A stretch of 32,785 nt of DNA from Octopus sinensis (taxonomy: Eukaryota): positions 1-32,785 of the forward strand of contig NW_021832756.1 of assembly GCF_006345805.1 (NCBI RefSeq), read 5' to 3'. Positions 1 through 9,345 of the stretch are shown here, in pieces. Below the pieces are notes generated by a model. The model worked only from the letters and a program-made list of their open reading frames with translations, made no database searches and was not told the origin of the DNA. Each line of letters begins with the position of its first letter. Positions within the stretch are counted from its first letter, which is position 1. The translations under genes and the position numbers were made by a program.

Positions 1-391
1 TGTAAATAGTAATTAACCATTTATTCTGAGAATGAAACCAAAAAATTAACGTCAGTTTATTCATCACCAGTGAAGAAGTATTCATAATGTTTTACTTTAT
101 GTTTATGTATTTTTAACTGAAAGTTTACGCGCTGTTATTTAGAACGCTAATTATTCTTGCGATTGTACTCTTTTGACTGTCATATGAATACACACACACA
201 CACACACAGAGCGCACGCGCGCAAACACACATACACACACCTGACGTCTTAAAATTGTAAAATGGTCTAGATTATTAACTTTAAACATAGTGTATTGTGT
301 ATGTATGTATGATTATATGCGTGCGTGTATGTACTGATACGTATATACATACATACATACATGCATACAAACAGACAGACATACATGCACG

Positions 392-437
<46 letters not shown>

Positions 438-444
438 TATATCT

Positions 445-584
445 AGGCGCAGGAGTAATTGTGTGGTTCCGGGTTCAGTCCCACTGCGTGGCACCTTGGG
501 CAAGTGTCTTCTACAATAGCCTTGGAACTGACCAAAGCCTTGTGAGTGGATTTGGTAGACCGAAACTGAAAAAGAAGCCCGTGG

Positions 585-585
<1 letters not shown>
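445..585 (+). mobile_element. SINE family B, 5' half, with an internal deletion in the tRNA-like head
   Basis: AGGCGCAGGAG...GGTTCAGTCCCACTGCGTGGCACCTTGGGCAAGTGTCTTCTAC...GAAACTGAAAAAGAAGCCCG aligns to the reverse complement of the complete copy at 31063-31482. It ends in the family's internal microsatellite. Confidence 0.85.
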
Positions 586-617
<32 letters not shown>

Positions 618-675
618 TATATATATCTATATATGTGTGTGTGTGTTGTGTGTGTGTGTGTTGTGTGTGTGTAGC

Positions 676-698
<23 letters not shown>

Positions 699-706
<8 letters not shown>

Positions 707-982
707 AACGTGACCGACCAGACTATCCGATGTTGCTACACATTGCTGGTCACACAATGCACTTCGCATTGTTTTATCCTTCAAATGACGCCACCCGCTG
801 ACTAAGCGAGCAGGCCACACAAAGAGTGAGAGAAAGTTGTGGCGAAAGAGTACAACAGGGATCACCTCGTGGAGAATTATGTGTTTCGCTCAATAACAAC
901 TCACAACGCGCCCGTCTGGGAATCGAAACCGCGATCCTACGACCGCGAATCCGCTGCCCTAACACTGGGCCATTGCGCCTCC
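699..982 (-). mobile_element. tRNA-derived SINE, family C (variant 1)
   Basis: The minus strand begins GGAGGCGCAATGGCCCAGTGTTAGGGCAGCGG (A-box-like), then GGTTTCGATTCC (B-box-like). The body ACTCTTTCGCCACAACTTTCTCTCACTCTTT is shared with 7940-8247. Confidence 0.85.
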
Positions 983-1139
983 ACACCACACAAACACACA
1001 CCCCCCCACACACACACACATATATATATATAATATATATTATAGATATATTGTATTATTATAGGTATGTATGTATGTATGTATGTATGTATGTATGTAT
1101 GTGTACATGTATGTATTTATGTATGTAATTAAGATTCAG

Positions 1140-1700
1140 CTGAATCAGGTACTTAAATTGAGGCACCAAGCCAGTTCGGTATACTCCGCACGGCTCCAAG
1201 TTAGGTGAAGAGAATGTAAATAAATACCAAGGATGTCCAGGTTTCAATACATTACGGCCGTTTCGAGCGGCTCCATTTAATCGATCAATGAAAGCATTAC
1301 ATCCATCACTTTGAAAGAAACCGCTCTCCTCAAAAGTAGATAACCATATAGATTTCCAACATAAAGGATAAACCATTTTTAACAAATTTATGTCAATACC
1401 AGCAACCAAAATAATTACATCGTCTCCATATGTTATGTTTGAAGCAGAATGAGTTTAGAAAAAATGCAATTCATTTATGAAGCCTACTATAATTTAGGGC
1501 AGCAGACGAAAATAGTGATGTCAAGATATAGAAGTGGTGAGATAGTTATTTATATTTAGAAGGTTTTATGCAGCATGTAGCCTACAACCATTTAGAATTA
1601 AATCCATTGAGAGTTAACAACTGTGTTCTGGTTGAGGGTGTTAAATCAGTTAATGTCAGACAGTCTTCCAGACCATTATTTTATTGGAACCATATATCGG
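1140..1700 (-). pseudogene. Highly degraded LINE reverse-transcriptase fragment (APE-type, probably CR1/L2/Jockey group)
   Basis: Minus-strand translation gives RTQLLTLNGFNSKWL and, after frameshifts, ITYGDDVIILV. The YGDD (YADD-like catalytic motif) is at 1419-1430, in frame with track ORF 1059..1409. Confidence 0.55.
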
Positions 1701-1740
1701 GCTTTATCTGCATGTATGTATGTATATGTGTGTGTGATTG

Positions 1741-1830
1741 TGTGGTCTAGTACTTAGGGTATGATCGTAAGATTGTGGATTCAATTCCAGGACCGGGCAA
1801 AATATTTCATATCACGCTACCCTATTTTCA
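1741..1830 (+). mobile_element. Deleted SINE head fragment, family C
   Basis: GTGGTCTAG..TTAGGGT..ATGATCGTAAGATTGTGGATTCAATTCCAGGACCGGGC matches the head of 29885-30118, with internal deletions. Confidence 0.65.
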
Positions 1831-1972
1831 TCTAGGGGTGTGTATGTGATATATAAACCACAGAGTCATGGAGTGGCCATTATGATATGCATATGTATAA
1901 GTGTTTAAGCCTCTGTGTTTATATGAGTATGTGTGTGTTTGTGGCTGTGTTATAGAATATCTATGTTAAATA

Positions 1973-2164
1973 AATATTGGGATCAAATTTTTACACAAAT
2001 CGATTACATCAATCGCAGGGCTAAACTGGTACTCGTTTTATCGACCCGAAATGATGAAAAGAAAAGTTCACCTCGACAGAATTTAAAATCAGAACGTGAA
2101 GACGGACGAATTGCCGTTAAGCATTTTGTCCGGCGTGGTAACTATTCTGCCAACTCATCGCCTT
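1973..2164 (-). mobile_element. SINE family A (tRNA head + Deu/Nin-like core), diverged copy
   Basis: Aligns to the family consensus GGCGGTGAGCTGGCAGAATCGTTAGCACG...GTCGACTTTGCCTTTCATCCTTTCGGGGTCGATAAA..AGTACCAG seen in the young copies at 8924 and 16634. Confidence 0.8.
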
Positions 2165-2175
2165 AGTTTGAGATA

Positions 2176-2395
2176 AATATTGGTTTCAAATTTTGACACA
2201 AGGCCAGCAATTTCGGGGGAGGGTCTAAGTCGATAACATCGACCTCAGTGCTCAAATAATAATTGTTTTATCGTTCACGATATGATGAAAGGCAAAGTCG
2301 ACCCCGGCAACATTTGAACTCAGAACGTAAAGCCGGAAGAAATGCCGCTAATCATTTTGACCGAGACGGTTACCAATCGGACAGCTCACCACCTT
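2176..2395 (-). mobile_element. SINE family A, full-length diverged copy
   Basis: Plus-strand GATGAAAGGCAAAGTCGACCCCGGC...TTTGAACTCAGAACGTAAAG is the reverse complement of the family core. The tail is AATATTGGTTTCAAATTTTG. Confidence 0.85.
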
Positions 2396-2666
2396 ATTGT
2401 GAAATAAATATTAAATTGCTTTATATACATGTGCAGCGTGGGGAATTGTTCTATAGTCACAGGCCAGAATATTTTGACCATGGCATTAATAAAATAAGCT
2501 TTAATGACTTATCTGGAAATACGTTACCCAAATATTTCCTTCACATTGTAAGACAGTAATGCAGGATTTGAGGTAGATTTCGCGAAGATTTGTAGCAGCT
2601 CTTTTGAATCGATTGTGTGTATGGTTATTTGGAATTATATGAATGCTGTTATTTTATGTATATTTG

Positions 2667-2873
2667 AAGGCGGTAAACTGGCAGAATTGTTAATGCTTAG
2701 GGCTGTTTCGTCCGTCTATACTTTCCAAGTTGAAATTGCGCCATGGTCGACTTTACCTTTCGTCCTTTCGAAGTCGATAAAATATGTGCCATTTGAACTC
2801 TGGGGTCGATGTAATCAACTAGCACCCTTCCTCTAAATTTCAGGTCTTCTGCTTATAATAGAAACAATTATTA
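2667..2873 (+). mobile_element. SINE family A, diverged copy
   Basis: AAGGCGGTAAACTGGCAGAATTGTTA...GGTCGACTTTACCTTTCGTCCTTTCGAAGTCGATAAAA...GGGGTCGATGTAATC. Confidence 0.8.
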
Positions 2874-3600
2874 TAAGTATATTTGTCTAGAAAATTATAT
2901 AACTATAACAATACCATAGTTTCGTGCATTTATCCGTGTATATAAAAACAAAAAAAAGACTGAGTGGATGTGATGCTGAATAAAAGAGCTAATATCCAAC
3001 TGACGGCATAATGAGATATTTTTGGTCATCAGTAAAGCAGATAATATATTGAGTTGCCGACATGTCTCAAAAATCGTCTAACATCACCCATCACGCATTG
3101 CTCGAATACTTTCACATATTGCATCATCAGTGTTGTTTCAATGTCTGAAATACTTCCACGGAACGTAACTAGAACCCATGTGTATACAAGTGAGAAATTG
3201 CGAGATGAATTTAAATACAAATTTATATGCACACACACACACACACACATATATACCATCACCACTTTATTTGATATACGTATATTAAGTATCTCATAAA
3301 AATGTTCACACAACAATAAGCTTTGATACAGTAAAATACCTACATGCATACATGCATAAATGCATGCATTCATGCACTCTCACAGGCCACCCTTGTAAGT
3401 ACACACACACAGACTCATAGTCCTTAAGAGAGCATTCCGGTTTTAACTGTCAATATGCATCATTCTTTTACTCAACGATATCGTTATTATATGCATTTAA
3501 CGTATGTGTATATGTGTACCGATATGTCTATATACATATGTATGTATATATATGTAAATATGTATAAATATGGATTTGTGTGTGCATATATGTACATATG

Positions 3601-3652
<52 letters not shown>

Positions 3653-3989
3653 GTATATGTAATATGTATTCAGATTTATGCATACACAGACACGCATATA
3701 TCTACTTGCCCAGAAATATGTGTTAACAGACATGTGGATAAATGTATATTTTTATGACCCTACCTAAAGCATAGGAAGACAGTTACATATGTACAGCTTT
3801 CAGTATCATCACGTACAGCAAAAGAAACAAGGATATGTAAATCGTCTCGATGACGCATGCGTCTAGAATCGTACACACCGTTTCTTCCTAAGTTTTTCTT
3901 ATTTCTTTTTATTTACCATATGCTTTATCCGTCAGAAACACATTCATTGTAAGGCGTGAGTGCGCATGTCCGTGCGTTCGCTGTTATAT

Positions 3990-4051
3990 GCATACATAGA
4001 TACCTATATATATATATATTTATATATTCACATACATATATACAGATATAT

Positions 4052-4108
<57 letters not shown>

Positions 4109-4142
4109 AAGCACATTTATATGCTTATATTTATTGTGAGTC

Positions 4143-4184
<42 letters not shown>

Positions 4185-4379
4185 CATATATATATATGTA
4201 TGCATACACAGATATACAGATATAAACATACGCAACGTACATTATTTACATATGTATACATACAACCATACATATACATAGATATATTTATATATACACA
4301 TACATATAAGCATACGCCCCACAAATATATATAAACAGATATATATGTAATATATGTAAATATATATGTCTCTCTCTCT

Positions 4380-4424
<45 letters not shown>

Positions 4425-4470
4425 CATATATGTATAAACACATACATACTCACACATATACATATACATA
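3990..4470. repeat. Compound (AT)n/(CA)n/(CT)n microsatellite region
   Basis: Direct reading of dinucleotide runs. Explains track ORFs 3925..4116, 3956..4225 and 4242..4469. Confidence 0.95.
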
Positions 4471-4838
4471 TTGTGTTATTTTCCCAGATAGGCACATATA
4501 TATAACGGGTATAAATTTAACTTTGTTCGTTCAATATTATTGTGGTACCGTAACCAGCAGGAAATTGGAAAAACGCAATAATATAGTTTGATTGGGGCAT
4601 CGTAGTTGGATAAATTTGTTTCGTTTCTTTCCGTTTACTGTTTGGTTCTCTGATTTCTATTTCTATTGTCTGCATGTTGTCTGATGATTCGATATCATTA
4701 AGATGGCTTCACTATAATTTCCAACCATACAAAATCTGAAAAATTAAGTAAACTGTATATATATAAAAAGTTATATAAATAATAGAAACGGATAGAAAAC
4801 GAAAAAAATTTTACAGTGAAGAGGGGAAAAATAGTGCA

Positions 4839-4839
<1 letters not shown>

Positions 4840-4922
<83 letters not shown>

Positions 4923-5031
4923 TACTATCTATCTATTTATCTACCTATCTATCTATCTATCATCTATCTCTCTCTCTATATATATATGCACATATACTAT
5001 ATACTACATACTATATATATGTATGTATGTA

Positions 5032-5073
<42 letters not shown>

Positions 5074-5430
5074 TATGTATATCTATATATATATATGTAT
5101 ATATACATATACATATATATGCATATATATATAAGTTTGTATGTATATGAGTATATATATTATAAATATATATGTGTGTGTGTATATATATATATGGATG
5201 TGTGTGCGCATGCATGTGAGTATATATGCATAAATATAACGTACGTATATGTCTATGAATACAAGTATGCATTTATGTCTATATATGTATGTTTGTATAC
5301 ATACACACACACACATAATATATATATATATATATACATATACACACACGCGCGCACGTATAAAGAAATACACTAAGACACACACACACACACAGATACA
5401 CACACTTGCACATACTGACTCACACATATT
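4840..5430. repeat. Large degenerate (AT)n/(ATCT)n/(CA)n microsatellite region
   Basis: Direct reading. The poly-YI/HT ORFs over it are artefacts. Confidence 0.95.
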
Positions 5431-6279
5431 TATTTATATAAGGAAATACAATTAATGCAAGTATGTAAAAATAAATATAATAAACATAGAAATAAAAATG
5501 GAGGGGTGGGTGCGGGTGGTGGAGACGTATAAAACAAATTCCGCGTAAATAGTGAACTAGGAGAAAAAGGAACGAAAACCTCTGTTTGTATTTCTTCTTC
5601 TTTTGCGGAAATAAATGCAAGTAAGAGAAATATTTGATCCCTTGCGTGAAATATGGATCAATACTTCCAGGCAGGCTCTCTTTGTTTTTATATTATATTT
5701 TCGTGTATTTCATAGAATGTCTAAGGAGCGAAAAAACAAACAAAACAACAACACCAAATAAACAAATAAAAACAAAACCTCCAAAAACCTAACCTGCAGC
5801 TATTAAGCTTAAATTGTGTCAAAGAATATATAAATAAAATAGATAAATACACTTAGAAATATCAAACCAAAACAAATTAGGTGAATATGTAATTCTCTTG
5901 TTTTTTTTTTTTTGCTTCTTGTTTAGTTGTGTTTATAAGATATTTTCTGGTGTGTTGTATACACACAAAAAAAAAGTGACAGAAGCTAGTTTGGGTTGCA
6001 TGTTTATTCAATAATATATTAGGTGATGGAGCTCTGGTACAAGCTGGTGAGAGCTGGATAACAGCTTCAGATTAAATACTTCTGCCTTTTCCATAGTTTT
6101 GTCTTTCCATGTTTTTGAATTCTATGACATTTTTCATTCGCGAATAAGTCAGCCATTAATTGGCCTCTGAATGGATACCAGTTATATAATAGGGCAGAAT
6201 CAAATGACTCTCCAAATCCCTTCAATGTAAAGGCGAATATGTTGTCAGAATAAATCTTCAGTTTTCGTTATATACGCAC

Positions 6280-6430
6280 CGGCTTAGCGCCGCGGCTGAT
6301 AAGCACACTTTACAACAATGTGGTTCTGAGTTCGATTTAAAGCAAGTTCATTAGTCCACATTAATTTTATAGTCATAGATACTTTATGAACGGAATTTGG
6401 TAAACGGGAACCGTCAAGAAGCCAATGGTT
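6280..6430 (+). mobile_element. Old, degenerate SINE family B 5' half
   Basis: GGCTGATAAGCACACTTTACAACAATGTGGTTCTGAGTTCGATT and GAATTTGGTAAACGGGAACCGTCAAGAAGCC resemble the head and mid-body of 31063-31482. Confidence 0.5.
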
Positions 6431-6466
6431 CACATACATACATGCATATGTATGTATCTATGTATG

Positions 6467-6521
<55 letters not shown>

Positions 6522-6529
6522 TATATATA

Positions 6530-6572
<43 letters not shown>

Positions 6573-6924
6573 CAATTAAGGACAACTACTTAATAAGGAA
6601 AACTTAACAAGAAATTGTCAGGTAGATATTTAGTATGAAATCACTGTGATACAGGCCTATATTTTTAAATGTCTTACTTTGAAAAATTGCATTCGGTGGG
6701 ATTAGTAATATTTTTGGTAGAAATGACTGATTGTCCCTCTTAGCGTTTGGCATGTATATACAATGCCTCTGGCATGTATGTATAATGCCCTCTATATATA
6801 AATTTATATATATATATATTATATTATATATATATATATATAATTCGAGACAAAACCACTATTTTAAAACCAAACAAGGAAAGACTAATCAATACATAAA
6901 ATTTTAATATAATTAAATAAACCG

Positions 6925-6969
6925 CCACTACAAATGTTTCATGTCCTGCTACCGACAATCTTCAGGTGG
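6925..6969 (-). ncRNA. Minimal type I hammerhead ribozyme motif (mirror copy in the left arm)
   Basis: The minus strand reads CCAC-CTGAAGA-TTGTCGGTAGCAGGACAT-GAAA-CATTT-GTA-GTGG. It is identical to the plus-strand motif except for one extra G in loop II. Confidence 0.6.
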
Positions 6970-7017
6970 ATTTTCGATCTTCTAATCAGTTTTGATACTG
7001 ATTAGAAGATCGAAAAT

Positions 7018-7061
7018 CCACCTGAAGATTGTCGGTAGCAGACATGAAACATTTGTAGTGG
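7018..7061 (+). ncRNA. Minimal type I hammerhead ribozyme motif
   Basis: Stem I CCAC(7018-21)/GTGG(7058-61); core CTGAAGA (7022-28); stem II TGTC/GACA with a 7-nt loop; GAAA (7046-49); stem III AC/GT around ATTT; cleavage triplet GUA (7055-57). The stem II closing position is a non-canonical U-U. Confidence 0.65.
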
Positions 7062-7235
7062 CGGTTTATTTAATTTATATTAAAATTTTATGTATTGATT
7101 AAGTCTTTCCTTGTTTGGTTTTAAAATAGTGGTTTTGTCTCGAATTATTATATAATATTTGCTATAAAATTGGATTTAACCCTAAATCTGATTTTTCCCT
7201 GTAATTTTGGATTCATTCCCTAATATGTATTATTA

Positions 7236-7286
<51 letters not shown>

Positions 7287-7355
7287 TATATATATATATA
7301 ATATATATATATATATACATATATGCATATGTATGTATGTATGTGTATATATATA

Positions 7356-7530
7356 GGGAGAGTTTACGAAAAAAACAAAAGACGAAGACAGGTAGTGTAC
7401 AAAACAAACAGATGTATTAGTATAACGCTCAGGAATAGAATATATATCTATCTATGAGCGCCATACTAATACAATTGTTTGTTTGTACTCCACCTGCCTT
7501 CGTCTTTTGTTTATTTTCGTAAAGCGTCCC
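7356..7530. repeat. Imperfect inverted repeat (76-bp arms, 23-nt spacer), possibly a pair of Penelope-like termini
   Basis: The reverse complement of 7356-7431 (TGAGCGTTATACTAATACATCTGTTTG...CTTCGTCTTTTGTTTTTTTCGTAAACTCTCCC) aligns to 7455-7530 (TGAGCGCCATACTAATACAATTGTTTG...CTTCGTCTTTTGTTTATTTTCGTAAAGCGTCCC). Identity is roughly 80% by eye. Confidence 0.85.
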
Positions 7531-7847
7531 GTTATATATATATATATATATCACACACATATATAATTATATGTATACATATACATGCGTGTATATATAT
7601 ATGAAAAGAGAGAGAGAGAAAGACAGTGAGAAATATGTATACGCGTGTGAGTGTGATGGTGAAAACATAAAGAATAAATATATAAGGGGACGTAATTCTC
7701 ATAAAACCATAACCACTTGATAAACGATATTAGAATTTCAGCTAAATTCGGAGGCTTTCTTAACATATTTGCAATTCTAAGTAGATATCTTTTATGATTA
7801 CTGCATTAGAAAAACTAACACTAACTTAACTGTCGTTTTCTACACAG

Positions 7848-7910
7848 ATGGCGTCTGTGAATTATTATTCTCATTGAGGCTAACAATGCCCCTGAATCGA
7901 GTTCTTGCTG
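7848..7910 (+). other. Candidate 63-nt internal exon (phase 1-1; xDGVCELLFSLRLTMPLNRVLA)
   Basis: Upstream CTAAC branch-like motifs, acceptor TTTTCTACACAG, a 63-nt open frame, and a weak donor CTG|GTACAT. No homology recognised. Confidence 0.25.
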
Positions 7911-7939
7911 GTACATATTTTTTATACAGTATAATATGT

Positions 7940-8247
7940 GTTTGATGTTTGTTCCTTCCCGAGTCACGCGTGGCTCACAGAGCCGGTTTCCCGGTTTTCT
8001 TGGAGTATAGGTTCCCCACGTGGACGGGACGCCGGTCCGTCGCAGGAGAGCTGCAAGATGCAGGAGGAAAGAGTGAAAGGAAGTTCTGGCGAAAGAGTCA
8101 GCAGAAGTTCGCCGTTACCTTGTGCCGGAGCCGGGTGGAGCTTTGGTGTTTCTCTCATAAACAGATACATCGCCCGGTCTGAGATTCGAACCTGCGATCC
8201 CTCGACCGCGAGTTCGCTGCTCTAAACACTAGGCCATGTGTCTCCAC
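7940..8247 (-). mobile_element. tRNA-derived SINE, family C (variant 2), full length
   Basis: Head GTGGAGACACATGGCCTAGTGTTTAGAGCAGCG, B-box GGTTCGAATCT, 3' end CGGGAAACCGGC...GACTCGGGAAGGAACAAACATCAAAC. Confidence 0.85.
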
Positions 8248-8411
8248 ATAATATATGGAGCTCGTCAAGAAAATTATTCTATTAAATTATTTCTTGCCTT
8301 AAAAGTACGAATAATTCAAATATTTGTTATCTTGCACTGATGGTGAATCTGCTTAGCTTTATGTCAACCCTAAACAAACAAATCTGTAATCAAATATTTT
8401 TCAAAAGTGAT

Positions 8412-8502
8412 TTCCACAGCTTTTTAGAATCTCATTTATGATGTCAGAAAAAAAATGTTAAAGAACCTTAACAATATTTCCATATGCGACATCTTACAAT
8501 AA
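8412..8502 (+). repeat. Unassigned dispersed repeat, copy 1 (pairs with 12398-12491)
   Basis: TTCCACAG...TCAGAAAAAAAA..TAAAGAA...ATTTCCATATGCGA(C/T)ATCTTACAATAA is shared between the two loci. Confidence 0.75.
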
Positions 8503-8923
8503 CTGTCATATTTTCAAGCTACATCTGTTGCAAGTATTCAGCCTAGTTTCTCGGTTTGAGTATGCCTTCGTCTTTCCGTCACACTAATTACGGAGGCATT
8601 GTAGCAAGTCATGTGCTCTTCTCTTCTGACTGAAAGATTGCGAACAACAACTTATAATTGGCTAAATAATGACAGCAGAAGTCTAGAACTTATAACGGGA
8701 ACTCGAGACTGCCATACGCTGTTACGGATAACGCTGTATGAGCATGTACTATACTTTTGATAATTGTCCCGATAGAATGAGGCGATTGGGCGCGGATGTT
8801 TAGTCGCTGGTGATTTGGCACAGCTGATTATATATTGAATCTGTTTTGGTGAAAGTAGTTTTTGGCACTGGAGGTAAGCACACGCAAACATTCACGTATA
8901 CGCGAGTGGAAATATAGAGATGC

Positions 8924-9345
8924 GGCGGTGAGCTAGCAGAAAAGTTCGCACGCCGGGCGAAATGCGTAGCCGTATTTCGTCTGCCGTTACGTTCTGAGTT
9001 CAAATTCTGCGGAGGTCGACTTTGCTTTTCACCCTTTCGGGGTCGATTAAATTAGTACCAGTTACGCACTGAGGTCGATATAATCGACTTAACCCGTTTG
9101 TCTGTCCTTGTTTGTCCTCTCTGTGTTTAACCCCTTGTGGATAGTAAAGAAATAGGTATTTCGTCTGCCGTTACGTTCCGAGTTCAAATTCCGCCAAGGT
9201 CGACTTTGCCTTTCATCTTTTAGGGGTCAATAAATTAAGTACCAGTTACGCACTGGGGTCGATATAATCGACTTAATCCGTTTGTCTGTCCTTGTTTGTC
9301 TCCTCTATGTTTAGCCCCTTGTGGACGGTAAAGAAATAAGAAATA
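8924..9345 (+). mobile_element. SINE family A head-to-tail dimer (full copy 8924-9154 + 5'-truncated copy 9156-9345), young subfamily
   Basis: Two near-identical tandem bodies GTATTTCGTCTGCCGTTACGTTC...GTAAAGAAATA; the second lacks the A-box region. Confidence 0.9.

Larger units (their letters stand above)
6841..7147. repeat. Near-perfect foldback palindrome (150/151-bp arms, 6-nt loop), probably a Penelope-like element terminal inversion
   Basis: Arm 6841-6990 is the reverse complement of arm 6997-7147 apart from three single-base indels. The loop is TTTGAT (6991-6996). Checked base by base. Confidence 0.95.

Noticed and set aside
3085-3135. Minus-strand CTGATGA...GAAA hammerhead-like core
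   Set aside because: Stem II is marginal, and no valid NUH triplet with matching stems I and III could be formed.
3852-3863. 12-bp palindrome GACGCATGCGTC
   Set aside because: Chance level.
4678-4720. CTGATGA motif (also at 23269 and 29658)
   Set aside because: No GAAA follows a hairpin. The 29658 case lies inside CR1 coding sequence.
6749-6793. 22-bp imperfect tandem duplication (similar 24-bp one at about 28449-28496)
   Set aside because: Ordinary slippage duplications beside microsatellites.
8170-8247. tRNA gene (also the heads at 905-982, 30040-30118, 31400-31482)
   Set aside because: A/B-box-like motifs are present, but I could not fold a full cloverleaf with an acceptor stem, and each runs into a SINE body.
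8860-8880. Strong donor-like CTGGAG|GTAAGC
   Set aside because: All three upstream frames hit a stop within about 50 nt, and there is no good acceptor.
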